From: Amoebophrya sp. A120
Taxonomy: Eukaryota; Protista; Dinoflagellata
Reading direction: 5' to 3'
DNA length: 64,000 nucleotides
NCBI GenBank assembly: GCA_905178155.1
Contig: CAJINV010000006.1
Location: 3,160,437-3,224,436, forward strand
Shown: piece by piece, positions 1 to 13,900 of the stretch
Position numbering within the stretch: the stretch's first letter is position 1
How the letters are laid out: every line of letters begins with the position of its first letter
Notes under the pieces: generated by a model
Told to the model about the DNA's origin: nothing
The model's input: the letters and a program-made list of their open reading frames with translations, nothing else
Database searches by the model: none
Program-made: the position numbers and the translations under genes

Positions 1-3000
1 CTGCTGCTCTAGTACTGCCCGACGGTACACGGTACAGCTACTGGAGCTCGGGCGGTACAACTACTGGCGCACCGACGGGAGGAGTACTATCCGGTGATCA
101 TGTTGCGGACGGTACTACAACTGGTGCAGCTGCTGTGTATTCACCTGGTGATCCAATCGACGAGAAGTGGGTGACACCGGCAAACGTTGACGACGCGACC
201 CTGAAGGTCGACGATGAGGATCCCCGGGCTCTGTTACTACGTGCGAAGGAGGAGGAGAAGCTGAAGGCACAGGAGCGAAAAAGACAAGAGAGAGAAGAAG
301 CGGCGCGAAAAGCTGCACAAAAAGCCGCACAAGAAGAACTGGAAAAAAAGCAGCGAATGCTGAAGTACGAAAGGGAAAAGGAGAGAAAAGAGAAACTGGA
401 GAAACAAGAAAAAGAAGAGCGCGAAAAGAAAATGCTAGAACAGCAAGAGCGGGAAAAGGAGCTGGAGCTGCAACGGGAATTAGAAAGAGAACAGGAGGAG
501 CTGCAGAGGAAGCAGGCTATGCATTTTGCAGAATTATCGTACTAATTAGGAATTATCGCAGGACAAGTTTGCGTGGCAATGGCATGAGAAGTAAACTTTG
601 TCATGCTCCTGAATTGGCTTATGAACATGAAGTGCGTAGGACATTTATCATGCGGTATTGCGATAAAAGTTAGTAGGATACTTTTGCAGTGGATACCAGC
701 GGAGATTGACCTTCAGCAACAGAAGCGCGACGCCATTCGGAGGCAGCTGGAGGAGCAGCAAAAGAAGCGAAAACTGATGACGGAGCGGGAGCAAAGGGAG
801 AATGAGGAGAAAGAGCAAGCGCGCACTGCGATGGAAAGCGCGGCGAAAGAGCGGGCGGAACGGGAAGAGCTATCTGCGAGGTTAATACAACAGGAAAAGG
901 AGCAGGAAAAAGTAGAAAAGCAGAAGCAAAAGGCGACGAAAAAGAGCACTTCAACATCTGCTCACCAGGTGTTGAAAAAAGGACAAGGAGCGGGAACTGC
1001 ATCATCTCGCCAGGAGCTGTTGAAGAAGGGAGTGGAATCTAGTAGCAGCGGTAAACTACACATCAAAAAGGCGGGCAGCAAAGTTGTCGTGTCAGCGACG
1101 ACGACTAGCGGGAGTTCATCTAGTGACCACCAAAATCTTCAAAAGGGAGGACATGATGATGATGATGGTGCACCACCTCTTCACATGGAAAAAAAGAAAC
1201 TCGTGGTCGACAAGAAGGCACTTCCGAAGAAAAAAAAGAAACCCGTGGTCGACAAGAAGTTACTTCCGAATAGTAAAAACAAGGTCAAGAAATCCGTGGT
1301 GGACAAGAAGTTGCTATCCAAGAAGGAAGTGAAGGCTCTCACAGCTGCTGCCAGGAAAAAGGTGCAGGAAGAGAAGAAGACGAAAACCAATGCAGCTTCC
1401 GGGATGAAAAACAAGAAGGGGCAACAGATGCCTGCTGCCTCTACTTCTTCCACGAGCAACCCACAACAAGTTCAACGCACTACCGATCATTCTGGGCTGT
1501 CGGACATAGGAGCGCCACCTCCATCTTCGGAGAATAGAGGAGAAGGAAAGCGAAAGCAGCAGCAGCGGCAAAATGGCAAGAAGCCGAAAGTTATGAACTG
1601 CAAAAGCATCGTACTAGTACAAATTGCGATTACAAATTTGCTCAGCATGACACATTCAACTTGTAATGCTGTTTTACCTTAGGAAGAAGATTTGTCATGC
1701 ATCATAGCGCTTACTACGAGTGCAATGTTGCTTTTGCAGAGGATAAAAGTCGAACTGCGTCAGGACGGTGTTGAACAGGAGATGAAGCTGCAGGACGAGC
1801 AGGGGCTTCAACAGCTGCAAAATGCCAAAGCGCCACCTCCATCTTCGGAGAATACGAATAGAGGAGAAGGAAATATGCGAATAAAACAGCAGCAGCGGCA
1901 AAATGGCAAGAAGCCGAAAGTCGAAGTACGACGTCAGGAGGAACATCACGACGGGCAGGAGGAGGAGAAAATCGAAATTCAGCTGGAAGAACAAAATAAT
2001 AATGCCACAGCGCTGCAAAGTAGAAAGCAAAAACTTCTGCGCCAGCAGGACCACGAAGAGAAACAGAAAAAGAAAATACAGCAGGAACAACAGAACAAGG
2101 CTAAAACGCTACTTCTCCGTCAGAATCTGAAGGCGCTGCAGCAACGACAGGAACAGGAGCAGCAACTGCGCGAAAAACTTGATGCGGAGCCAGTTTTGAT
2201 GAACCAAGGGATTGCGGGGGCAGCAGCAGCAGCAGGAGCGGAGGCGGGTTATCTGTCTTCTCCTTTTGATATAATTTCCTCTGCACAGGAGCAGGATGAA
2301 AAAGGAGATTCTCATCCGGTGATCAACAACACCTCCCGGGACGAGATGTTGAACACAATCACCCACGACGCTGCTGTTTCGTCAGCTGACCGCGACTCTT
2401 TTCGTTCCAGATCTCGACTTCGTCGTCGTCCGTTAGATCGCCAATTTTCGCGATCCCGGAGCGGACACCGAGGACGGGACGAAAGAGGAAGATCTACTGC
2501 GCATAGGTCTTCGCAGGGTGGTGCCAGCGCGGTGCAAGGAGGGGGGCAGCATTCCCACCGGCCTCGCCTGGGCAGCCGCAGTACCCCAGTTAACCAACTT
2601 TTGGCACCACCCTCGACCACCAGGAGCTGTACCACGACAGGAACAAATACGACACGGAACTACAATCATGGTCTGGCAGAAGGAGCGACAAGTAGCACGA
2701 ACACCACCAGTGGTCTACTCGTTGCGCGACAGCAAGAAGATGATCAGGATCTTTTATTTCAACGGCAGTACTACGAAAATCAACAGCACTACACAAAAAA
2801 CACTGGTGCTGCTCACGGGCACCAGGCAGCAGCTTCGTCATCCTCATTCTCTGTCGGACAACAGGAAGATGAGCCTCTTGACAGCAGTAGACAGAGAGGC
2901 GAAAGTGCAGAGTCATTTTTGGACGAGGAACAGGAACGATACTATGAGGAGCTGAATTTCAACTACGACGCAGCACAGCATGTTGCAGAGAGTCCTCGTC

Positions 3001-3353
3001 GTGCCGGGTCTTTTTTAAATGATCATCATGCTGCTCCTCCTCCTCCCCCGCCCGATAGAAATATTCATCACGCGGATCATGAAACAAGAGCCACTACGTC
3101 TAGAAACAACCACGACACCACCTCCGATCTTCATCTTCCCCGTCACAACTACAGGACCCGCACGGAGTCCTTTGACTCACGACGGCGATCACGGTCGAGA
3201 GTGCGACGAGAAGACATTGATCGGAAAAGCGACAGGCGCGGCTCGGAATTATCCGGCGGAGCAGGATCGCCCACGCCACCTCGTGCAGAGAATGCTGAGG
3301 AGGAAGGAGGAGATCCGATGCTCCGGGCGTTGGGAAACATGTACCGATTTTAG
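1..3353 (+). CDS. Gene 1 (5' end outside window): K/E/Q-rich coiled-coil and low-complexity protein; 2 non-canonical introns
   Basis: Frame open from base 3; ORFs 135/603/1692 share one frame and join after removing the elements at 518 and 1592; stop at 3353. Confidence 0.75.
518..695. mobile_element. Introner family A (degenerate)
   Basis: TATGCATTTTGCA...TTTTGCAGTGGATA; DR degenerate. Confidence 0.75.
1592..1745. mobile_element. Introner family A
   Basis: TATGAACTGCAAAA...TTTTGCAGAGGATA; DR AAAGT; empty paralogous site at ~1915-1925. Confidence 0.95.
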
Positions 3354-4998
3354 GAAAACATGAAACGACGGGCGTCGTCTACAACACCCGTGCCGTTTCA
3401 GGAACAAATAATGTACGAGGTTTTTACTAGTAGAGAAGAGCGGGAAGTTGAGAAGTGCGTCGCAGCTTCTCCTCGTCATACTACTTACGTAGAACTCGAG
3501 TTTTATCCGTATCTATTTATTCTGGAGTGGTAGTGGTCTTGTTACCAACATTTTTGGCAAAAATGTTGGTTGATGTCGCCCTTTCATTTTTATTTCGACG
3601 TCGTCTGCGAGTGCGAAAATGAAAATGTCAAAACACGACATGAATTTCATCGAACTTTCTTGATGCAACACTTCATCGTCAAAAATACGGGCACATTAAT
3701 TGTGGTCTGGCTCGCATGAAAATCAAAATTCAAGTGAGCTGCCAGTACATTTTTTCAAACGACGACTTTTTGCAGCTCCAGGTGTGAGGGCCCTTCGTTT
3801 TTTATTCAAGGAGACTCAACTACAATCTGTCTTTACTCGTCCCCACCTCAGTTAGTACTAGTAGCACTAGACAGCACCCGGCTATTCAAGTCCTTGAGTC
3901 GGAAAAAATTTTGCCATTTCTGTGTTAGTCCGATACAAAACAAAGAATGCTGTCGATGAAATGAAGGAACTCCACCAACACGACGACTATACTAACTTAT
4001 TCACGAGATGAAAACTAAGAACAAGACATGGCTCGAAAATTGGTGGCGCTACCTCTAGGCTGCGAGCGACAAACAAACTTTTGGAAGACGTACGATTTCC
4101 GAGGTTACATGGCTTGCGACATTCTTATTTTTCAAATTTTCAATTCAAGTACTACAACAGATCTACTTCATGCGAAAAAATATATACGACAACCTCAACC
4201 AGCTAGAAGATGATGAAAGGCAAATGCTACCATGGATGTCTATGACTATGTCTTCACAGCTGGTTGCCATTCGATTTCTACAACATAGAGGGCCAGATAT
4301 TAGTTGCTGCAGCTTTGCTAATTGTAATTTTGACGATCGATGTGTTGTATGTGTGCAAAAATGCGAAAAATTTCATATCCTTTTCATCTAGATAAGTAAA
4401 TCTTTGAGAAAAATCTTTGCCGGGCAGCAGAGCTAGCGTCGCTCTCTTTGCACTCGTGATTGTAGTGGTTGCGAAATTTCTCCTATACAAAGGAGACGCT
4501 TTTTTTTTATATTTGTGTTGCGAACCTCAACCTCCTGTGTGTTGCAGTATCTAGGGCCAATACCAGGAGCGAAGCCGCAAAAAATCGTTGAACTGCGAGC
4601 GACTGAAAGTCTTTCTTTCATCAAGAATCTTGTCGTGTGCAAGCTGCAACAGCAAGAATTGGAAAAATCAAAGATGAAGGTTCAGTGGTGTCGCGAGTTT
4701 TGTTGTGAGTGCAAAAAGTAAAAATCTTCGTGAGTGCGACGTCGCGTTTCATTGCAAATGATTGTCCCTAGTACTCCCTTTCGCCACTCCATTGAATCAA
4801 ATTACCACGGCGCGCCGGGTGCGTGTTTGTTTCAATCTGTAGCTTGCCGAGATGAGTAGAGGACTGACGAGAACTTTTTGTCCTACCGTTATTTTAGGTG
4901 AACTATGAAGTAGTAGAGTCAGCACATCTTCATCTTGAAGGAGCAGTGTGGTTGCTTGAAAAATTACGATTTCCTCCGGCTCAGATCGCGGAAAACCG

Positions 4999-7900
4999 AT
5001 GATGTTCGCGACCGTAGTACCGGACGCCGAGGGTGTTGCAGATCCTGTGGCACCTACAACTTTTCCCGCCGCTGTTGAGCAAGCCTTTCTAACTTCCGCG
5101 ACAGAGGTCGCTGACCCGTTGCAGCAAGAAGCAGGAATAAATCAACATGAAGAAAACTACAAGTCCGGCTCTGAAACCGAGACAAGACCACGACGACCTT
5201 CTGCTGCTTCAGGTTCTACCAATCCGCCGAAAAAGAAAAAAATCCTTCCCGCGGATGACGCAACCCTGCAGAAGTACGGCACGCCGAGCCTCGCCTCGTT
5301 GAAGAATAAGTTTTCCCTCGGAACAAAATCGTTTTCCTCCACATTATTACTCCCGCCTCACAGCGCCGGTGGAACGTCAAGCCGACTGGACTCTTCCGCC
5401 GTGGCTGGTGAACAGTATTACAACAATAAATTCCGTACCCCCTCCACCGCCGCGCCGCAGAGTGCGGGAGGAGTTTTCAACAACCATCAAAATAACGCAG
5501 CACCTATGTCCACCCGCCCTTCTTCCGCCGCGTTCGAACGACGAATGATGCAAGGACGGCGGATATGAAATGAAAAAGCATCGTACTAGTTGTATATTGC
5601 ATATACAAATTTCCTCAGCATGAGAAACAAAATTTGTAATGCAGGTTTACCTTGAGAAAAAAATTTGTAATGCATGACTGCAATACGAGTACGATAGCGA
5701 TACTGTTGCAGTGCATAACGGAAAAACAAAGACGATCTGCGTTCCGAATACAGCGATTTGTTCACGCGCTTGACGAAAATTGGAGGGAATTTTGACGTAT
5801 CCTGCGCAAAAGTATCATACTCGTACTCATTGCAAATATGCATGGCAAATGTTCTTCTCAAGGTAAAACAGCATTACAAATTGCATTTGTCTTGCTGATT
5901 GCTAATTTGTCATGCAATTTATACTAGTACGACTACGATGCTTTTGCAATTCATATGACGAAAATGTAAGACGGTCGCTAGATCCAGCTGATCATGATGT
6001 TGACGGTTTATTTCACAACTACGGTCGTGGTGGTTTTGACGCAAACCGGAGTCTACAGGAGCGGCAACTACTACACGGGAAGATGATGAACACGACGGGA
6101 GAAGAAGATCATCAAGATCTTGTTTTGAGAAATAAAACCACCAACCGTCGTCCAATCTCCGCGGTGTCGTCCAACCGATCCTCCTTACAGTTCACGACGA
6201 AGATGACATCACGAAACGCAACAGCACAACAACAGCACAACAAAACGGTTTTAAACCTGCCCTTGCCGAATCTGCGGAAAAAGTCGCCCATCCAGAAGTG
6301 GAAGCAGTACCAAATGAACAAAATGGTGAAGGACTTGCGAAAAAACGTGAAGGAGCTAGAACGCCGGTCCTCCGAGAAGAAAAAGCGGCACCGCGAGCGG
6401 GCCGCGGTCGTATGCATTGCAAACACTAGTAGAAGTAATCGCATGACAAATTTCCGTAGCATGCGAAATGGAATTATTTGTAATGGGGATGCAACTAAAG
6501 AAAGAGGTTTGTAATGCATGACTGCGATTACTGCTACTAGTCCGACACTTTTGCAATGCATAGGTCGGGGACTACGACTACTCCGACACGGAGGAAGAAT
6601 ATGAAAGTGCACAACTCCCCCTCATACTCATTTGTGTTGCATGGGCAGCAATACAACCGTCAGCAGGAATGCAGGTTTTGCATGACAAATCTGCACAGGT
6701 GGATTGTAGTGCTAGTATTACTTGGGGTCGTGCCAGAACTTGTCATGCATAATAGTGACCGGAGCGTAAATTTGGAATTGGTGTTTTGCATGAGAAATGA
6801 GAACGAGGAGGACTTGTGCACTCTCATAAGGAAAATCATGAGGAGGGACCCAAATCCGCCAGGACGCCGGTGGAGAAGTTGAAAAAGCGTTTAGATCGGC
6901 AATTTTTTCGGGACCAGGACGATTTCGAAGCGGAGATACGGATTGCAAAAATGTCTGGGTTTGGAAAAATGCCAGGTTTGGCATGCTCTGCTAGCATGAC
7001 TGTCAAGTCTGTCACGCAAGGTGCCCAAAAGCGCCACTTTTGTGTCATGCAAAAACCCAGTTTCTCATGCAGAATAGGCAACACCTAGCGACTCAAAAAC
7101 CTGTCATGCTGAGCCGTCATTTCTGGCGTTGTCTTGATTCACCAACCAGCATCACAAGTTTCCAGACCCAGACATTTTTGCAGTTGATAGGAGATTTACG
7201 AAGACAACGGCTTTCTGGCCGACGAGAACTTTTCTCACCACCTTCATGGTGCGGCGGATAAGAACAACCTCCAGGGCGTTTCGAAACAGTTGAGTTACGA
7301 CGACGGCATATGGGAGTGTCAGGATTGATGAAACCGACAAAGTTGGAATTAGTTTGTCACGTAAAATGCGAGGCACAAGGTGCCTGCCTTGCGAGGATGG
7401 CAAGTGAGGCTGTTTGTCAGCCTGTTTAGGCGGGTAGAGTAGAGCTGCCAAGGATCATGACAAACGCAGTCTTCTTTGCCCCAAACAGCATGACAGATTG
7501 CGTTTCGATGTAGTAGCCGAAATTTGTCATGCGCCGCTTCGTAATTGGGGGTCCAAGTGGTATCCATTTTATGCATGACAAACTAATTTCAACTTTGACG
7601 ATTTCGGTCCTGACACTCCCATACGGCACGTCCTCTGCCGGGTTCTCCACCTCGCGCCCAACGTCCGCCACGACAAATCAAAATACTGCCTCTCGGTATC
7701 CCACGAAAAAACTGCTTCACTGTGATGATCTTGCAAGATCTGCATCACAAGTTTGTTGCCCATGACACAGAAAATTTGCCATGCGCGCTTCCAAAGGGAA
7801 AACACCGCTAAAGAGTCGAGGTCTTGCAGGTGTGGCAAGACAAATAGTTCTGTCTTCCATTCTATGCATCACAAGTTCACTGTGAAACAGTTTTTTCTTG

Positions 7901-10900
7901 CGATACTCGGCCGGTGTCCTCCAATGTGAATTTCGGCGGTGCTCCTGGAACGAGACCACCCTCGGCCACCACCGGTGGGTATCCTGTGCAAAAGTATCGC
8001 ACTCCCTCGTATAAATGCAAATGTATAGAAGGAGAAACGGTGATCATCCGACATGATCATGGACCGAAGAAAAATCGCAGCGTGCCCTCGTGGAAAGGGT
8101 GTTTTTTTTACGGACCGCAGAAATGACACAGCTTTTCCCAGGGTGTGGCAGTGTTTATTGCGCACATTATGCGAGCAGTGCTGAAGCTGAGAAAGGCCGA
8201 CAATGGGCGGGCGCTTTTGTGACCACAGGCGCTTTGTTTTCATTGTTGTTGGACGCATGAAACCACTCCACCTACATGGACACGAGCGCCCACGCGTTTG
8301 GTTCGTCGAGCGCTCTGATCTCGGCCGGAGCGCGACGCTTGACGAGGGTCGGGCCCATAGCGTAAAGCAGGCGCGTTTGGACTGTCATCCCCCGCGTGGT
8401 GCGCGCCCAGCTTCGTGCCCCGGCCTTGCCCGCCTCCCTGCCGCGAAGGCGTCGAGGCATCGACGGGCCGGGGGCCCGGCTCATTCAAATCCAGTGGTGG
8501 CTGCCTTTTGCGTGCCGCCATCGCCCACTACATTTCGGGCAGCAAAAAAATACACGGGCGCCGGCGGAGAAACGGCGCCGCTACTTACTTGCAAAAAGCA
8601 ACGGAGGCCATGCCGTCGGTGCTGAATTTGCACCGATGGCACGACGCAGTTTGGTGAAGAGAAAGAACGCGGCGCGACTTTCGCGCCCCCGCTTCAGCAT
8701 GTTGAAGACGATGAAGCACCTTGCTGCGCGGCCGCGGCAGCTGCGGCGTCTCTCTCATAGTCGGCGCAGGCAGGGACCGCGATAGACACTCGCTATGCCA
8801 TCACGCAGGGCCCCGGCCTAGCGCCTGCCAAGAAAGAACAAAAGCAGCGCCGCCGCATATAAATTTCGCCCGGCGACGAAGCGCATGCCCCGCCCGGCGC
8901 AGCCGTGGAGCCGGCTCACCTGAGAAGGGCGCAGAACTCCCAAAGCAGCCACAGCGCTGCACCGCCTCGAGCCTGGCTGCCAGTTCCTGCACCGGCCTCG
9001 GGCCCCTAACTGTGAGCGGCTGCCCCACTTGTAATTGGCAGGCCCAGCCTGGAGCCAGGGCTTCCGGGCCTTCAAGGAACTGGCGCAGAGCATACTATAG
9101 CAAGGCGCTGCTTCTTCATCTTCTTCGACAACGTGCTGCATTTCTCGCAAAGAAACGCGTTGTCGGAAATGAGTGCCGGAAGACTACAGAAAAACAATGA
9201 TAATGAGTGTCGAATCACTGATCATGAAAAAAAAAGACCCTAGTTGAATGCTGATCATCAAATCAAAAAAATCGTTTGATGATCAGCATTGCCACGAGCT
9301 AACAAAGGTGATCATCAAATCAAAAAAGTCGTTTGATGATCAGCATTCAGCTAGGGTCTTTTTGTTTCATGATCAGTGATTCGACTCTCATTTAGATCAG
9401 TGCTTTTCTGTAGTCTTCCGACACTCATTTCCGACAACGCGTTTCTTTGAGAGAAATGCAGCACGTTGTCGAAGAAGATGAAGAAGCAGCGCCATGCTAT
9501 AGTATGCTCTGCGCCAGTTCCTTGAAGGCCCGGAAGCCCTGGCTCCAGGCTGGGCCTGCAAATTACAAGTGGGGCAGCCGCTCACAGTTAGGGCCCGAGG
9601 CCGGTGCAGGAACTGGCAGCCAGGCTCGAGGCGGTGCAGCGCTGTGGCTGCTTTGGGGGTTCTGCGCTCTTCTCAGGTGAGCCGGCTCCGCGGCTGCGCC
9701 GGGCGTGGCATGCGCTTCGTCGCCGGGTGAAGTTTATATATATTTGGCGGCGCTGCTTTTGTTCTCTCTTGGCAGGCGCTAGGCCGGGGCCCTGCGTGAT
9801 GGCATAGCGAGTGTTTATCGCGGTCCGTGCCTGCGCCGACTATGAGAGACTCGCCGCAGGAGCTGCCGCGGCCGCGCAGCAAGGTGCCTCGCCGTCTTCA
9901 TGTTGAAGCCGGGGCGCGAAAGTCGCGCCGCGTTCTTTCTCTTCACCAAACTGCGTCGCGCCGTCGGTGCAAATTAAGAACCGACGGCATGGCCTCCGTT
10001 GCTTGTTGCTAGTACNNNNNNNNNNNNNNNNNNNNNNNNNNNNNNNNNNNNNNNNNNNNNNNNNNNNNNNNNNNNNNNNNNNNNNNNNNNNNNNNNNNNN
10101 NNNNNNNNNNNNNNNCGTCGCCGCCTGTCGTTTCGCCTCTCCTTTCGCCTGTCGTTTCGCCTGTCCTTTCGCCTGTCGTTTCGCCTGTCGTTTCACCTCT
10201 CGCCGCCACCTGTCGCCGTCACCTCTCGCCGTCGCCTCTCGTCTGGGGTATGTGATTACAGAACCCGGAAGTCAAGCAATATAAATATTAATCTTGTTCC
10301 CAAGGTAAATCTGCATTACAAATTTTAGTTCTCATGCTGAGAGTGTAATGCATTATATACGAATGCGATGCTTTTGCAATTCATAGTGGGACGATGAATC
10401 GTCCAATTTCTGCGTTGAGCGCAGCTGCAAAAGGCGGACCATCAACGACGAATAATCGGCCGCTCTCCGCGGTGAGCGCGAAATCAGTGCAATTCAAGGA
10501 CCAGTCGCAAATAACTTTCGGCCACAACATTTCTTCTTCTTCGGGAGAGCAGTTTCTAGAGGGGCCTGGTGGACCACAGCATGACAACTTTATTTCCGAC
10601 CATGAACATGATCCCGCGAACGACGCGAGGCTGCAGAAGCAGTTGAAGAACGAGAAACTGGGGATCAGCGACGCGGGGGGAAAACGCGGTCCGGTCTTGC
10701 TCGGGCTAGCAGAGGCTTTAATTACCTCTGCCGTTACGCCGAACCCCAGCCGCCCGGGGTCGGCGGTTCTTTTCGGAAACGCGAGCTCGATGCATGAACT
10801 GCAAAAGTATCGCACTCGTATAGAATGCATTACAAATTTTCTCCGCATGAGAAACAAAATTTGTCATGCTGATTTACCTTTAAACAAAATATTTGCAATG

Positions 10901-13900
10901 CAAGAATTGCATTTTTTATACGAGTGCGATACTTTTGCACAGGATACGATGCTCGGAAGTGCGATGCTGAGCAAGAGTGAACAATCTTCGAGGTCGCAGT
11001 CAAGGGCACTGTCCTCATCTGTCACTACCTCTTCAACACAGCTGCAGTCCCGTTCCCAATCCCGTATGCTCGTTTCCGCTGCAGTGCACGGTGCTGGTGG
11101 AGGTTCCAAGCACATCGTCGAAAGCAGTCAAGAAATAGAAGCAGACGACCAACACCAGCATTTTGAATCCTCTACCGAAGAGCAAAGCAAAACGCTACTC
11201 ATTGAAGCCTTGGCGAAGGGCAGGGACGTACCGGATGAGGAATATTTGAAGGAGCTGAACTACCTAGACGCCATTCACGCGTTTCCGAGGGGGGAGGGCG
11301 AATTAAGAAGCCGGAATTTGTCGGTTTCCGAGGTGAATTCGAAAACGATCGGCATGGATGAGGGGGTGCGCTTTGGCGATGATGATGAGGATGAGGACGA
11401 TCATTTACAAATCAATTTTGGCCCGCCCTCGTCGGAACTACAAGCAGATCATCTCGCCGAGCAGTCGCTTGCTGCAGGTGAAGACGGGGTGTTTCACCTC
11501 ACGGAAGCGACTGGTGTGAAAGACCACCAACGCGGGGGGACAACGTCGAAAGGCGAGCAGCACGACCTCAGCGACCTTGTATTACAGGAAAAAGCAACAT
11601 GAACATTAACGTTAATACGGAATTTGTGATGCAGGACCGCATCAGATGAAAAGGTGCCTAAATTTGTGTTGCATAGCATGCATGCTAGGAAAAATCTGTC
11701 ATGCATAGCTGCAATCTCTGGGCAAAACCGTCAAGGTTGACACTTTTTTCCTTGATACCTTGTCCTTCAGGACTACAAGCAATCGCTCCACGCACAGTCG
11801 ATGCTCGAAGACCAACCGCCGACGGCGGACAACCACCGCGGGTCCGGCATCTCCGACGTCTCCCTCGCGTTTGCGTATGAGTCCAAGATGGATTTGATGA
11901 GCTCCCCCAACACCTCGAAGAATTTGAAAAAGAAAGGTGGGTCGGCATCGTCGGCAAAAAAACGGAATAAGTCTACTTCGGGCCGCGGAAAAACTACAAG
12001 GGGCAAAAACAGCAGTAGTGGTCAGCAGCAACTCCGCGCCCGGTCCCCGACCGCGACGAATACCATGCACGAGCAGGTGACTTCCCCGATGCACGGGCTG
12101 ACGAAAGAGCAGCAGAAACTGGTAAAACCCGCGGACCCGGGGCAGCTGAAGCGCGTGGCCAACTACATGCGGTTGTTGGAAGATTTGTTCGAAACCACCG
12201 ACCACTTGGACACGTCCCTTTCCAAAACCGCGAACTCGCTGCTGAATTTGAAAAAACGGACCCAGTACGAGCACAAGGCCATGTCGTTACTGCAGAACGA
12301 AATCGAAAAATTGCAAATCGACGGAGGCTATGAATTGCAAGACTATCGTACCACGTAGTGATTGCATGATTTTTGCAAAGTAGCTCAGCATGACAGATGG
12401 AATTTGTCATGCGGATCTACCTTAAGAATGAATGAGACTTTGCATGCATCAACACTGCAATTACTACGAGTATGATACTACTTTTGCAATGCATAGAGGT
12501 TTCGACATGAACCCGAAAACCGTGGATCCGAACGCGAAAAGCTTATCAAAAGGGAACATCCCCGCTCCCCATATCGAAAACGAAATTTGTGATGCTGTAT
12601 TTGAGTACACAAATCGGCTCGTTCACTTCACTTCACTTCATCGGCTCGTAATGCTAGAAGACCAAGAGACGCAGCTGTGGCCTCGTTTGCAGGCAATTTG
12701 TCATGCTGTTTCCCACTTCCAGCTGATCCCTGTCATGCTGAAGATGCAAGGCTTTCCCACGCCAACCAGAACTACAGTCCGCATCTTTTCCCTTCTAGCA
12801 TGACAAAGCTGTGACCACAAATCTGAGTGTCGTCCAGACCGACGGCGGTAGATTCTTCTGGAGGCGGAGGCTAGATTTTCAATAGTGGAGGAAAGATGTC
12901 AGTCTATGTATGAAGCGCTCTCGTTTTCTTTACCCTGATGCGACCCAATAAGGAGAAACTCTCCTCCGTCAGCATGCGAATAGCATTTGGGTGCCCTACT
13001 TTGTGGAAGGCTCTTCTTCATTTTCTAAGCGGCTGGATTTCTTTGGGAATTGCCTTCGCTCATGTAGTGCTAGTGACATCTTTTAGGGGGGTGCCTACCC
13101 TTTTGCATTTTCGATTTTGATTCGTTATTTCTTTTTTTTAGAATGATGATGATACTATTTCTGGTTAGCCCACAAGAACAAGAACAAGAACGTGATCCGC
13201 TCCCGCAGGCAAAAAAAAAAAAATCTGCATCACAAATTTCTAGTTTGAGTACGGGGTGGGGGGATTTTTCATTTTAATAAAGCTCCAAGAAACTCCCCAA
13301 ACCCGCGCCCATGCTGGATGTGTTGACAAGGTTTGAGAATTTGAAGCACAAGCTGAGGAAATCGAATTTAGCAGTGGAGATGGAAAATAACAAGGATGAA
13401 AACAAGAATATTAAATCTGGTGGAGCGAAGATGAACAGCAATCGGACTTCTTCTTCTTCCACACAACAGAATGATCGGACTTTCGAGAATTACCACTCTT
13501 CGTCTGGAGGAATTATAGAGCACAGCAAGTCCCTGTCGTCCACCATAGAGGACGCCAGTGGCGCTGCCGGGTACGGGTTCGGGAAAGTGAAAAACAAACG
13601 CGGGGGCAGCAAAAGTAAAAACCTGCTATCAACTGCAAATATTTTTTGTCTGGATGATCTGGAAGATAGAATGCAAAGCAAGGCTTGTCATGCAACATCC
13701 CGGGAACAAAGAACACAAAGTTCTTGGTCTGTACTCCTGCGCCCACAAGCTGCATCTTCACAGATTGCGCAAGAGCCTCTTGATGCCTAGTATTCGCCCT
13801 CTGCGTTCTCTTTAGAAGTGGACAACTTTTGCCGTCCATCATGCAACACAGATTTTTGTCTACGCCGCACTTAGCATCACAAGTTGCAAGAATGTGGTTC

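Larger units (their letters stand above)
7980..10385. mobile_element. Introner family A expanded by a nested insert of ~2.2 kb (spans an assembly gap)
   Basis: 5' TIR at 7980, 3' half resumes ~10270, DR GTGGG at both outer ends. Confidence 0.85.

Noticed and set aside
8203-10012. Mirrored ORFs in the palindrome as a transposase or viral genes
   Set aside because: Short, disrupted by indels between the arms, with no recognisable DDE, HUH or RT motif.
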